Source: Eledone cirrhosa
Lineage: Eukaryota
Assembly (NCBI GenBank): GCA_964016885.1
Contig: CAXHJY010000096.1
Coordinates: 2,108,001-2,172,000, forward strand
DNA length: 64,000 nucleotides
Reading direction: 5' to 3'
The notes beneath the pieces are model-generated. The model saw only the letters and a program-made list of their open reading frames with translations, was not told where the DNA came from and made no database searches. Of this stretch, positions 12,001 to 25,675 are shown piece after piece. Both the position numbers and the translations under genes were made by a program. The first letter of the stretch is position 1; the number at the start of each line of letters is the position of its first letter.

Positions 12001-15000
12001 ATTTGTAAAAAAAAATCAGGGGGAGATAATTTGTAAAAAATAATCAGGGGGAGATAATTTGTAAAAAAAAATCAAGGGGAGATAATTTCCAGCCGTCCAA
12101 GGGGAGATAATTTCCCGCCAGCCAAGGGAAGATAATATTTAAAAAAATTAGGCGGAGATAATTTGTAAAAAAAATCAGGGGGAGATAATTTGTAAAAAAA
12201 TCAGGGGGAGATAATTTGTAAAAAAAATCAGGGGGAGATAATTTGTAAAAAAATTCATGGGGAGATAATTTGTAAAAAAAAATCAGGGGTAGATAATTTG
12301 TAAAAAAAAATCAGGGGGAGATAATTTGTAAAAAAAAATCAGGGGGAGATAATTTGTAAAAAAAATCAAGGGGAGATAATTTCCAGCCGTCCAAGGGGAG
12401 ATAATTTTCAGCCGTCCAAGGAGAGGTAATTTCTAGCCGTCCAAGGGGAGATAATTTCCAGCCGTCCAAGGGGAGGTAATTTCCAGCCGTCCAAGGGGAG
12501 ATAATTTAAAAAAAAAAATCAGGCGGAGATAATTTGTAAAAAAAATCAAGGGGAGATAATTTGCAGCCGTCCAAGGGGAGATAATTTTCAGTCGTCCAAG
12601 GAGAGGTAATTTCTAGCCGTCCAAGGGGAGATAATTGCCAGCCGTCCAAGGGGAGATAATTTCCAGCCGTCCAAGGGGAGATAATTTTTTTTTAAAAATC
12701 AGGCGGAGATAATTTGTAAAAAAAATCAGGGGGAGATAATTTGTAAACAAAATCAGGGGGAGATAATTTGTAAAAAAAAATCAGGGGGAGATAATTTGTA
12801 AAAAAAATCATGGAGAGATAATTTCCAGCCGTCCAAGGTGAGATAATTTCCAGCCGTCCAAGGAGACATATTTTCCAGCCGTCCAAGGCGAGGTAATTTC
12901 TAGCCGTCCAAGGGGAGATAAATTCCAGCCTCCAAGGGGAGATAATTTCCAGCCAGCCAAGTGGAGATAATTTGTAAAAAAATCAGGGGGAGATAATTTG
13001 TAAAAAATATCAGGGAGATAATTTGTAAAAAAAAATCAGGGGGAGATAATTTGTAAAAAAAATCAGGGGGAGATAATTTGTAAAAAAAAATCAGGGGGAG
13101 ATAATTTGTAAAAAAAATCAAGGGGAGATAATTTCCAGCCGTCCAAGGGGAGATAATTTTCAGCCGTCCAAGGGGAGATAATTTCCCGCCAGCCAAGGGA
13201 AGATAATATTTAAAAAAATCAGGCGGAGATAATTTGTAAAAAAAATCAGGGGGAGATAATTTGTAAAAAAATCAGGGGGAGATAATTTGTAAAAAAAAAA
13301 TCAGGGGGAGATAATTTGTAAAAAAAATCAGGGGGAGATAATTTGTAAAAAAAAATCAGGGGTAGATAATTTGTAAACAAAAATCAGGGGGAGATAATTT
13401 GTAAAAAAAAATCAGGGGGAGATAATTTGTAAAAAAAATGAAAGGGGAGATAATATCCAGCCGTCCAAGGGGAGATAATTTCCAGCCGTCCAAGGGGATA
13501 TAATTTCCAGCCGTCCAAGGGGAGATAATTTCCATCCTTCCAAGGGGATATAATTTCCAGCCGTCCAAGGGGAGATAATTTCCCGCCAGCCAAGGGAAGA
13601 TAATTTTTAAAAAAATCAGGCGGAGATTGTAAAAAAAATCAGGGGGGAGATAATTTGTAAAAAAATCAGGGGGAGATAATTTGTAAAAAATAATCAGGGG
13701 GAGATAATTTGTAAAAAAATTCAAGGGGAGATAATTTCCAGCCGTCCAAGGGGAGATAATTTCCCGCCAGCCAAGGGAAGATAATATTTAAAAAAATTAG
13801 GCGGAGATAATTTGTAAAAAAATCAGGGGGAGATAATTTGTAAAAAAAATCAGGGGGAGATAATTTGTAAAAAAAATCATGGGGAGATAATTTGTAAAAA
13901 AAAATCAGGGGTAGATAATTTGTAAAAAAAAATCAGGGGGAGATAATTTGTAAAAAAAAATCAGGGGTAGATAATTTGTAAAAAAAAAATCAGGGGGAGT
14001 TAATTTGTAAAAAAAAATGAGGGGGAGATAATTTGTAAAAAAAATCAAGGGGAGATAATTTCCAGCCGTCCAAGGGGAGATAATTTTCAGCCGTCCAAGG
14101 AGAGGTAATTTCTAGCCGTCCAAGGGGAGATAATTTCCAGCCGTCCAAGGGGAGGTAATTTCCAGCCGTCCAAGGGGAGATAATTTTAAAAAAAAAATCA
14201 GGCGGAGATAATTTGTAAAAAAAATCAAGGGGAGATAATTTGCAGCCGTCCAAGGGGAGATAATTTTCAGTCGTCCAAGGAGAGGTAATTTCTAGCCGTC
14301 CAAGGGGAGATAATTTCCAGCCGTCCAAGGGGAGATAATTTCCAGCCGTCCAAGGGGAGATAATTTTTTTAAAAAAATCAGGCGGAGATAATTTGTAAAA
14401 AAAATCAGGGGGAGATAATTTGTAAACAAAATCAGGGGGAGATAATTTGTAAAAAAAAATCAGGGGGAGATAATTTGTAAAAAAAATTAGGCGTAGATAA
14501 TTTGTAAAAAAAAATCAGGGGGAGATAATTTGTAAAAAAAAATCAGGGGGAGATAATTTGTTTAAAAAATCAAGGGGAGATAATTTGCAGCCGTCCAAGG
14601 GGAGATAATTTTCAGCCGTCCAAGGAGAGGTAATTTCTAGCCGTTCAAGGGGAGATAATTTCCAGCCGTCCAAGGGGAGATAATTTCCAGCCGTCCAAGG
14701 GGAGATAATTTTTTTTAAAAAATCAGGCGGAGATAATTTGTAAAAAAAAATCAGGGGGAGATAATTCGTAAAAAAAAATCAGGGGGAGATAATTTGTAAA
14801 AAAAAATCAGGGGGAGATAATTTGTAAAAAAAATCAAGGGGAGATAATTTCCAGCCGTCCAAGGGGAGGTAATATCTAGCCGTCCAAGGGGAGATAATTT
14901 CCAGCCGTCCAAGGGGAGATAATTTCCAGCCGTCCAAGGGGAGATAATTTCCAGCCGTCCAAGGAGACATATTTTCCAGCCGTCCAAGGCGAGGTAATTT

Positions 15001-17650
15001 CTAGCCGTCCAAGGGGAGATTAATTCCAGCCACCAAGGGGAGATAATTTCCAGCCAGCCAAGGGGAGATAATTTGTAAAAAAATCAGGGGGAGATAATTT
15101 GTAAAAAATATCAGGGAGATAATTTGTAAAAAAAAATCAGGGGGAGATAATTTGTAAAAAAAATCAGGGGGAGATAATTTGTAAAAAAAAATCAGGGGGA
15201 GATAATTTGTAAAAAAAATCAAGGGGAGATAATTTCCAGCCGTCCAAGGGGAGATAATTTTCAGCCGTCCAAGGAGAGGTAATTTCTAACCGTCCGAGGA
15301 GAGATAATTTCCAGCCGTCCAAGGGGAGATAATTTCCAGCCGTCCAAGGGGAGATAATTTCCAGCCGTCCAAGGAGACATATTTTCCAGCCGTCCAAGGA
15401 GAGGTAATTTCTAGCCGTCCAAGGGGAGATAAATTCCAGCCTCCAAGGGGAGATAATTTCCAGCCAGCCAAGGGGAGATAATTTGTAAAAAAATCAGGGG
15501 GAGATAATTTGCAAAAAAAATCAAAGGGTGATAATTTGTAAAAAAAATCAGGGGGAGATAATTTGTAAAAAATAATCAGGGGGAGATAATTTCCAGCCGT
15601 CCAAGGGAAGATAATTTCCAGCCCTCCAAGGGGCTATAATTTCCAGTGTCCAAGGGGAGATAATTTCCAGCCAGAGAAGGGGAGATAATTTTTTTTAAAA
15701 AATCATTGGGAGATTTGTAAAAAAAATCAGGGGGAGATAATTTGTAAAAAAAATCAAGGGGAGATAATTTCCAGCCGTCCAAGGGGAGGTAATATCTAGC
15801 CGTCCAAGGGGAGATAATTTCCAGCCGTCCAAGGGGAGATAATTTCCAGCCGTCCAAGGGTAGATAATATCCAGCCGCCCAAGGACATATTTTCCAGCCG
15901 TCCAAGGAGAGGTAATTTCTAGCCGTCCAAGGGGAGATAAATTCCAGCCTCCAAGGGGAGATAATTTCCAGCCAGCCAAGGGGAGATAATTTGTAAAAAA
16001 ATCAGGGGGAGATAATTTGTAAAAAAAATCAGGGGGATATAATTTGTAAAAAAAAATCAGGGGGAGATAATTTGTAAAAAAAAATCAGGGGGAGATAATT
16101 TGCAAAAAAAATCAGGGGGAGATAATTTGTAAAAAAAAATCAGGGGTAGATAATTTGTAAAAAAAAATCAGGGGGAGATAATTTGTAAAAAAAAATCAGG
16201 GGGAGATAATTTGTAAAAGAAATCAAGGGGAGATAATTTCCAGCCGTCCAAGGAGAGATAATTTTAAAAAAAATCAGGCGGAGATAATTTGTAAAAAAAA
16301 ATCAGGGGGAGATAATTTGTAAAAAAAATCAGGGGGAGATAATTTGTAAAAAAAAATCAGGGGTAGATAATTTGTAAAAAAAAATCAGGGGGAGATAATT
16401 TGTAAAAAAAATCAGGGGGAGATAATTTGTAAAAAAAATCAAGGGGAGATAATTTCCAGCCGTCCAAGGAGAGATAATTTTAAAAAAAATCAGGCGGAGA
16501 TAATTTGTAAAAAAAAATTAGGGGGAGATAATTTGTAAAAAAAAATCAGGGGGAGATAATTTGTAAAAAAAATCAAGGGGAGATAATTTCCAGCCGTCCA
16601 AGGGGAGATAATTTTCAGCCGTCCAAGGGGAGATAATTTCCCGCCAGCCAAGGGAAGATAATATTCAAAAAAATCAGGCGGAGATAATTTGTAAAAAAAA
16701 TCAGGGGGAGATAATTTGTAAAAAAATCAGGGGGAGATAATTTGTAAAAAAAAAATCAGGGGGAGATAATTTGTAAAAAAAATCAGGGGGAGATAATTTG
16801 TAAAAAAAAATCAGGGGTAGATAATTTGTAAAAAAAAATTAGGGGGAGATAATTTGTAAAAAAAAATCAGGGGGAGATAATTTGTAAAAAAAATGAAAGG
16901 GGAGATAATATCCAGCCGTCCAAGGGGAGATAATTTCCAGCCGTCCAAGGGGAGATAATTTCCAGCCGTCCAAGGGGAGAAAATTTCCATCCTTCCAAGG
17001 GGATATAATTTCCAGCCGTCCAAGGGGAGATAATTTCCATCCTTCCAAGGGGATATAATTTCCAGCCGTCCAAGGGGAGATAATTTTCAGCCGTCCAAGG
17101 AGAGGTAATTTCTAGCCGTCCAAGGAGAGATAATTTCCAGCCGTCCAAGGGGAGATAATTTCCAGCCGTCGAAGGGGAGATAATTTCCAGCCGTCCAAGG
17201 AGACATATTTTCCAGCCGTCCAAGGAGAGGTAATTCCTAGCCGTCCAAGGGGAGATAAATTCCAGCCTCCAAGGGGAGATAATTTCCAGCCAGCCAAGGG
17301 GAGATAATTTGTAAAAAAAATCAGGGGGAGATAATTTCTAAAAAAAATCAGGGGGAGATAATTTGTAAAAAAAAATCAGGGGGAGATAATTTGTAAAAAA
17401 TAATCAGGGGGAGATAATTTGTAAAAAAAATCAAGGGGAGATAATTTCCAGCCGTCCAAGGGGAGATAATTTTCAGCCGTCCAAGGGGAGATAATTTCCC
17501 ACCAGCCAAGGGAAGATAATATTTAAAAAAATTAGGCGGAGATAATTTGTAAAAAAAATCAGGGGGAGATAATTTGTAAAAAAATCAGGGGGAGATAATT
17601 TGTAAAAAAAATCAGGGGGAGATAATTTGTAAAAAAAATCAGGGGGAGAT
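1..17650 (+). repeat. HOR domain I, ~6.8 kb period (copies ~1-6811, 6812-13615, partial 13616-~17650)
   Basis: Identical or near-identical ORFs recur at offset 6804 (3192/9996, 4074/10878, 4847/11651, 5888/12692, 6096/12900, 6552/13356), 6810 (1217/8027), 6724 (7266/13990, 8027/14751) and 6815 (9996/16811). The marker TCAGGCGGAGATTGTA occurs in the same context at 1, 6812 and 13616. Confidence 0.9.
2541..2786 (+). repeat. Example run of type-A monomers (AT-rich, A7-A9 tract per unit)
   Basis: About nine consecutive GGGGAGATAATTTGTAAAAAAA(A)(A)TCAG units with minor variants (GGGTGAG, TTTGCAAA, GGGGTAG). Confidence 0.95.
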
Positions 17651-20600
17651 AATTTGTAAAAAAAAATCAGGGGTAGATAATTTGTAAAAAAAAATCAGGG
17701 GGAGATAATTTGTAAAAAAAAATCAGGGGGAGATAATTTGTAAAAAAAATCAAGGGGAGATAATTTCCAGCCGTCCAAGGAGAGATAATTTAAAAAAAAA
17801 TCAGGCGGAGATAATTTGTAAAAAAAAATCAGGGGGAGATATTTTGTAAAAAAAAATCAGGGGGAGATAATTTGTAAAAAAAATCAAGGGGAGATAATTT
17901 CCAGCCGTCCAAGAGGAGATAATTTTCAGCCGTCCAAGGGGAGATAATTTCCCGCCAGCCAAGGGAAGATAATATTCAAAAAAATCAGGCGGAGATAATT
18001 TGTAAAAAAAATCAGGGGGAGATAATTTGTAAAAAAATCAGGGGGAGATAATTTGTAAAAAAAAAAATCAGGGGGAGATAATTTGTAAAAAAAATCAGGG
18101 GGAGATAATTTGTAAAAAAAAATCAGGGGTAGATAATTTGTAAAAAAAAATCAGGGGGAGATAATTTGTAAAAAAAAATCAGGGGGAGATAATTTGTAAA
18201 AAAAATGAAAGGGGAGATAATATCCAGCCGTCCAAGGGGAGATAATTTCCAGCCGTCCAAGGAGAGATAATTTCCAGCCGTCCAAGGGGAGATAATTTCC
18301 ATCCTTCCAAGGGGATATAATTTCCAGCCGTCCAAGGGGAGATAATTTTCAGCCGTCCAAGGAGAGGTAATTTCTAGCCGTCCAAGGAGAGATAATTTCC
18401 AGCCGTCCAAGGGGAGATAATTTCCAGCCGTCCAAGGGGAGATAATTTCCAGCCGTCCAAGGAGACATATTTTCCAGCCGTCCAAGGAGAGGTAATTCCT
18501 AGCCGTCCAAGGGGAGATAAATTCCAGCCTCCAAGGGGAGATAATTTCCAGCCAGCCAAGGGGAGATAATTTGTAAAAAAAATCAGGGGGAGATAATTTG
18601 TAAAAAAAATCAGGGGGAGATAATTTGTAAAAAAAAATCAGGGGGAGATAATTTGTAAATAAAATCAAGGGGAGATAATTTCCAGCCGTCCAAGGGGAGA
18701 TAATTTTCAACCGTCCAAGGGGAGATAATTTCCCGCCAGCTAAGGGGAGATAATTTGTAAAAAAATCAGGGGGAGATAATTTGTAAAAAAAAAAATCAGG
18801 GGGAGATAATTTGTAAAAAAAATCAGGGGGAGATAATTTGTAAAAAAAAATCAGGGGTAGATAATTTGTAAAAAAAAATCAGGGGGAGATAATTTGTAAA
18901 AAAAAATCAGGGGGAGATAATTTGTAAAAAAAATGAAAGGGGAGATAATATCCAGCCGTCCAAGGGGAGATAATTTCCAGCCGTCCAAGGGGAGATAATT
19001 TCCAGCCGTCCAAGGGGAGATAATTTCCATCCTTCCAAGGGGATATAATTTCCAGCCGTCCAAGGGGAGATAATTTCCATCCTTCCAAGGGGATATAATT
19101 TCCAGCCGTCCAAGGGGAGATAATTTTCAGCCGTCCAAGGAGAGGTAATTTCTAGCCGTCCAAGGAGAGATAATTTCCAGCCGTCCAAGGGGAGATAATT
19201 TCCAGCCGTCCAAGGGGAGATAATTTCCAGCCGTCCAAGGAGACATATTTTCCAGCCGTCCAAGGAGAGGTAATTCCTAGCCGTCCAAGGGGAGATAAAT
19301 TCCAGCCTCCAAGGGGAGATAATTTCCAGCCAGCCAAGGGGAGATAATTTGTAAAAAAAATCAGGGGGAGATAATTTGTAAAAAAAATCAGGGGGAGATA
19401 ATTTGTAAAAAAAAATCAGGGGGAGATAATTTGTAAAAAATAATCAGGGGGAGATAATTTGTAAAAAAAATCAAGGGGAGATAATTTCCAGCCGTCCAAG
19501 GGGAGATAATTTTCAGCCGTCCAAGGGGAGATAATTTCCCGCCAGCCAAGGGAAGATAATATTTTAAAAAATTAGGCGGAGATAATTTGTAAAAAAAATC
19601 AGGGGGAGATAATTTGTAAAAAAATCAGGGGGAGATAATTTGTAAAAAAAATCAGGGGGAGATAATTTGTAAAAAAAATCAGGGGGAGATAATTTGTAAA
19701 AAAAAATCAGGGGTAGATAATTTGTAAAAAAAAATCAGGGGGAGATAATTTGTAAAAAAATCAAGGGGAGATAATTTCCAGCCGTCCAAGGGAAGATAAT
19801 TTCCAGCCCTCCAAGGGGCTATAATTTCCAGCGTCCAAGGGGAGATAATTTCCAGCCAGCGAAGGGGAGATAATTTTTTTAAAAAAATCATTGGGAGATT
19901 TGTAAAAAAAATCAGGGGGAGATAATTTGTAAAAAAAATCAAGGGGAGATAATTTCCAGCCGTCCAAGGGGAGGTAATATCTAGCCGTCCAAGGGTAGAT
20001 AATTTCCAGCCGTCCAACGGGAGATAATTTCCAGCCGTCCAAGGGTAGATAATATCCAGCCGCCCAAGGACATATTTTCCAGCCGTCCAAGGAGAGGTAA
20101 TTTCTAGCCGTCCAAGGGGAGATAATTTCCAGCCGTCCAAGGGTAGATAATATCCAGCCGTCCAAGGACATATTTTCCAGCCGTCCAAGGAGAGGTAATT
20201 TCTAGCCGTCCAAGGGGAGATAAATTCCAGCCTCCAAGGGGAGATAATTTCCAGCCAGCCAAGGGGAGATAATTTGTAAAAAAATCAGGGGGAGATAATT
20301 TGTAAAAAAAATCAGGGGGAGATAATTTGTAAAAAAAAATCAGGGGGAGATAATTTGTAAAAAAAATCAGGGGGAGATAATTTGCAAAAAAAATCAGGGG
20401 GAGATAATTTGTAAAAAAAAATCAGGGGTAGATAATTTGTAAAAAAAAATCAGGGGGAGATAATTTGTAAAAAAAAATCAGGGGGAGATAATTTGTAAAA
20501 AAAATCAAGGGGAGATAATTTCCAGCCGTCCAAGGAGAGATAATTTAAAAAAAAATCAGGCGGAGATAATTTGTAAAAAAAAATCAGGGGGAGATAATTT
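17650..20600 (+). repeat. Transition zone of reshuffled cassettes between HOR domains I and II
   Basis: The long B cassette recurs at short irregular spacing (ORF ends at 16811, 18123, 18851). It is followed by a block like 2014-2870 (19761-20570). No multi-kb period holds here. Confidence 0.7.
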
Positions 20601-23600
20601 GTAAAAAAAATTAGGCGTAGATAATTTGTAAAAAAAAATCAGGGGGAGATAATTTGTAAAAAAAAATCAGGGGGAGATAATTTGTTTAAAAAATCAAGGG
20701 GAGATAATTTGCAGCCGTCCAAGGGGAGATAATTTTCAGCCGTCCAAGGAGAGGTAATTTCTAGCCGTTCAAGGGGAGATAATTTCCAGCCGTCCAAGGG
20801 GAGATAATTTCCAGCCGTCCAAGGGGAGATAATTTTTTTTAAAAAATCAGGCGGAGATAATTTGTAAAAAAAAATCAGGGGGAGATAATTCGTAAAAAAA
20901 ATCAGGGGGAGATAATTTGTAAAAAAAAATCAGGGGGAGATAATTTGTAAAAAAAATCAAGGGGAGATAATTTCCAGCCGTCCAAGGGGAGGTAATATCT
21001 AGCCGTCCAAGGGGAGATAATTTCCAGCCGTCCAAGGGGAGATAATTTCCAGCCGTCCAAGGGGAGATAATTTCCAGCCGTCCAAGGAGACATATTTTCC
21101 AGCCGTCCAAGGCGAGGTAATTTCTAGCCGTCCAAGGGGAGATAAATTCCAGCCTCCAAGGGGAGATAATTTCCAGCCAGCCAAGGGGAGATAATTTGTA
21201 AAAAAATCAGGGGGAGATAATTTGTAAAAAATATCAGGGAGATAATTTGTAAAAAAAAATCAGGGGGAGATAATTTGTAAAAAAAATCAGGGGGAGATAA
21301 TTTGTAAAAAAAAATCAGGGGAAGATAATTTGTAAAAAAAATCAAGGGGAGATAATTTCCAGCCGTCCAAGGGGAGATAATTTTCAGCCGTCCAAGGAGA
21401 GGTAATTTCTAGCCGTCCGAGGAGAGATAATTTCCAGCCGTCCAAGGGGAGATAATTTCCAGCCGTCCAAGGGGAGATAATTTCCAGCCGTCCAAGGAGA
21501 CATATTTTCCAGCCGTCCAAGGAGAGGTAATTTCTAGCCGTCCAAGGGGAGATAAATTCCAGCCTCCAAGGGGAGATAATTTCCAGCCAGCCAAGGGGAG
21601 ATAATTTGTAAAAAAATCAGGGGGAGATAATTTGCAAAAAAAATCAGGGGGAGATAATTTGTAAAAAAATCAGGGGGAGATAATTTGTAAAAAATAATCA
21701 GGGGGAGATAATTTCCAGCCGTCGAAGGGGAGATAATTTAAAAAAAAATCAGGCGGAGATAATTTGTAAAAAAAAATCAGGGGGAGATAATTTGTAAAAT
21801 AAATCAAGGGGAGATAATTTCCAGCCGTCCAAGGGGAGATAATTTTCAGCCGTCCAAGGGGAGATAATTTCCCGCCAGCCAAGGGAAGATAATATTTAAA
21901 AAAATCAGGCGGAGATAATTTGTAAAAAAAATCAGGGGGAGATAATTTGTAAAAAAATCAGGGGGAGATAATTTGTAAAAAAAAATCAGGGGGCGATAAT
22001 TTGTAAAAAAAATCAGGGGGAGATAATTTGTAAAAAAAAATCAGGGGTAGATAATTTGTAAAAAAAAATCAGGGGGAGATAATTTGTAAAAAAAAATCAG
22101 GGGGAGATAATTTGTAAAAAAAATGAAAGGGGAGATAATATCCAGCCGTCCAAGGGGAGATAATTTCCAGCCGTCCAAGGGGAGATAATTTCCAGCCGTC
22201 CAAGGGGAGATAATTTCCATCCTTCCAAGGGGATATAATTTCCAGCCGTCCAAGGGGAGATAATTTCCATCCTTCCAAGGGGATATAATTTCCAGCCGTC
22301 CAAGGGGAGATAATTTTCAGCCGTCCAAGGAGAGGTAATTTCTAGCCGTCCAAGGAGAGATAATTTCCAGCCGTCCAAGGGGAGATAATTTCCAGCCGTC
22401 CAAGGGGAGATAATTTCCAGCCGTCCAAGGAGACATATTTTCCAGCCGTCCAAGGAGAGGTAATTCCTAGCCGTCCAAGGGGAGATAAATTCCAGCCTCC
22501 AAGGGGAGATAATTTCCAGCCAGCCAAGGGGAGATCATTTGTAAAAAAAATCAGATGGAGATAATTTGTAAAAAAAATCAGGGGGAGATAATTTGTAAAA
22601 AAAAATCAGAGGGAGATAATTTGTAAAAAATAATCAGGGGGAGATAATTTGTAAAAAAAATCAAGGGGAGATAATTTCCAGCCGTCCAAGGGGAGATAAT
22701 TTTCAGCCGTCCAAGGGGAGATAATTTCCCGCCAGCCAAGGGAAGATAATATTTAAAAAAATTAGGCGGAGATAATTTGTAAAAAAAATCAGGGGGAGAT
22801 AATTTGTAAAAAAATCAGGGGGAGATAATTTGTAAAAAAAATCAGGGGGAGATAATTTGTAAAAAAAAATCAGGGGTAGATAATTTGTAAAAAAAAATCA
22901 GGGGGAGATAATTTGTAAAAAAAATCAGGGGGAGATAATTTGTAAAAAAAATCAGGGGGAGATAATTTGTAAAAAAAAATCAGGGGTAGATAATTTGTAA
23001 AAAAAAATCAGGGGGAGATAATTTGTAAAAAAAATCAAGGGGAGATAATTTCCAGCCGTCCAAGGGAAGATAATTTCCAGCCCTCCAAGGGGCTATAATT
23101 TCCAGCGTCCAAGGGGAGATAATTTCCAGCCAGCGAAGGGGAGATAATTTTTTTTTCAAAATCATTGGGATATTTGTAAAAAAAATCAGGGGGAGATAAT
23201 TTGTAAAAAAAATCAAGGGGAGATAATTTCCAGCCGTCCAAGGGGAGGTAATATCTAGCCGTCCAAGGGGAGATAATTTCCAGCCGTCCAAGGGTAGATA
23301 ATATCCAGCCGTCCAAGGACATATTTTCCAGCCGTCCAAGGAGAGGTAATTTCTAGCCGTCCAAGGGGAGATAAATTCCAGCCTCCAAGGGGAGATAATT
23401 TCCAGCCAGCCAAGGGGAGATAATTTGTAAAAAAATCAGGGGGAGATAATTTGTAAAAAAAATCAGGGGGAGATAATTTGTAAAAAAAAATCAGGGGGAG
23501 ATAATTTGTAAAAAAAAATCAGGGGGAGATAATTTGTAAAAAAAATCAGGGGGAGATAATTTGTAAAAAAAATCAAGGGGAGATCATTTCCAGCCGTCCA

Positions 23601-25249
23601 AGGGAGATAATTTTCAGCCGTCCAAGGGGAGATAATTTCCCGCCAGCCAAGGGAAGATAATATTTAAAAAAATCAGGCGGAGATAATTTGTAAAAAAAAT
23701 CAGGGGGAGATAATTTGTAAAAAAATCAGGGGGAGATAATTTGTAAAAGAAAAATCAGGGGGAGATAATTTATAAAAAAAATCAGGGGGAGATAATTTGT
23801 AAAAAAAAATCAGGGGTAGATAATTTGTAAAAAAAAATCAGGGGGAGATAATTTGTAAAAAAAATCAGAGGGAGATAATTTGTAAAAAAAATGAAAGGGG
23901 AGATAATATCCAGCCGTCCAAGGGGAGATAATTTCCAGCCGTCCAAGGGGAGATAATTTCCAGCCGTCCAAGGGGAGATAATTTCCATCCTTCCAAGGGG
24001 ATATAATTTCCAGCCGTCCAAGGGGAGATAATTTCCCGCCAGCCAAGGGAAGATAATTTTTAAAAAAATCAGGCGGAGATTGTAAAAAAAATCAGGGGGG
24101 AGATAATTTGTAAAAAAATCAGGGGGAGATAATTTGTAAAAAAAAATCAGGGGGAGATAATTTGTAAAAAATAATCAGGGGGAGATAATTTGTAAAAAAA
24201 AATCAAGGGGAGATAATTTCCAGCCGTCCAAGGGGAGATAATTTCCCGCCAGCCAAGGGAAGATAATATTTAAAAAAATTAGGCGGAGATAATTTGTAAA
24301 AAAAATCAGGGGGAGATAATTTGTAAAAAAATCAGGGGGAGATAATTTGTAAAAAAAATCAGGGGGAGATAATTTGTAAAAAAAATCATGGGGAGATAAT
24401 TTGTAAAAAAAAATCAGGGGTAGATAATTTGTAAAAAAAAATCAGGGGGAGATAATTTGTAAAAAAAAATCAGGGGGAGATAATTTGTAAAAAAAATCAA
24501 GGGGAGATAATTTCCAGCCGTCCAAGGGGAGATAATTTTCAGCCGTCCAAGAAGAGGTAATTTCTAGCCGTCCAAGGGGAGATAATTTCCAGCCGTCCAA
24601 GGGGAGGTAATTTCCAGCCGTCCAAGGGGAGATAATTTTAAAAAAAAAATCAGGCGGAGATAATTTGTAAAAAAAATCAAGGGGAGATACTTTGCAGCCG
24701 TCCAAGGGGAGATAATTTTCAGTCGTCCAAGGAGAGGTAATTTCTAGCCGTCCAAGGGGAGATAATTTCCAGCCGTCCAAGGGGAGATAATTTCCAGCCG
24801 TCCAAGGGGAGATAATTTTTTTTTAAAAATCAGGCGGAGATAATTTGTAAAAAAAATCAGGGGGAGATAATTTGTAAACAAAATCAGGGGGAGATAATTT
24901 GTAAAAAAAAATCAGGGGGAGATAATTTGTAAAAAAAATCAAGGAGAGATAATTTCCAGCCGTCCAAGGGAAGATAATTTCCAGCCGTCCAAGGAGACAT
25001 ATTTTCCAGCCGTCCAAGGCGAGGTAATTTCTAGCCGTCCAAGGGGAGATAAATTCCAGCCTCCAAGGGGAGATAATTTCCAGCCAGCCAAGGCGAGATA
25101 ATTTGTAAAAAAATCAGGGGGAGATAATTTGTAAAAAATATCAGGGAGATAATTTGTAAAAAAAAATCAGGGGGAGATAATTTGTAAAAAAAATCAGGGG
25201 GAGATAATTTGTAACAAAAAATCAGGGGGAGATAATTTGTAAAAAAAAT

Positions 25250-25675
25250 CAAGGGGAGATAATTTCCAGCCGTCCAAGGGGAGATAATTTTCAGCCGTCC
25301 AAGGAGAGGTAATTTCTAGCCGTCCGAGGAGAGATAATTTCCAGCCGTCCAAGGGGAGATAATTTCCATCCTTCCAAGGGGATATAATTTCCAGCCGTCC
25401 AAGGGGAGATAATTTCCATCCTTCCAAGGGGATATAATTTCCAGCCGTCCAAGGGGAGATAATTTTCAGCCGTCCAAGGAGAGGTAATTTCTAGCCGTCC
25501 AAGGAGAGATAATTTCCAGCCGTCCAAGGGGAGATAATTTCCAGCCGTCCAAGGGGAGATAATTTCCAGCCGTCCAAGGAGACATATTTTCCAGCCGTCC
25601 AAGGAGAGGTAATTCCTAGCCGTCCAAGGGGAGATAAATTCCAGCCTCCAAGGGGAGATAATTTCCAGCCAGCCA
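25250..25675 (+). repeat. Example long run of type-B monomers (~17 x 25 bp)
   Basis: Consecutive CAAGGGGAGATAATTTCCAGCCGTC units with ordered variants (TTTTCAG, GGAGAGGTAATTTCTAG, CCATCCTTCC, GGGGATATAA, GGAGACATATTTT). Confidence 0.95.
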
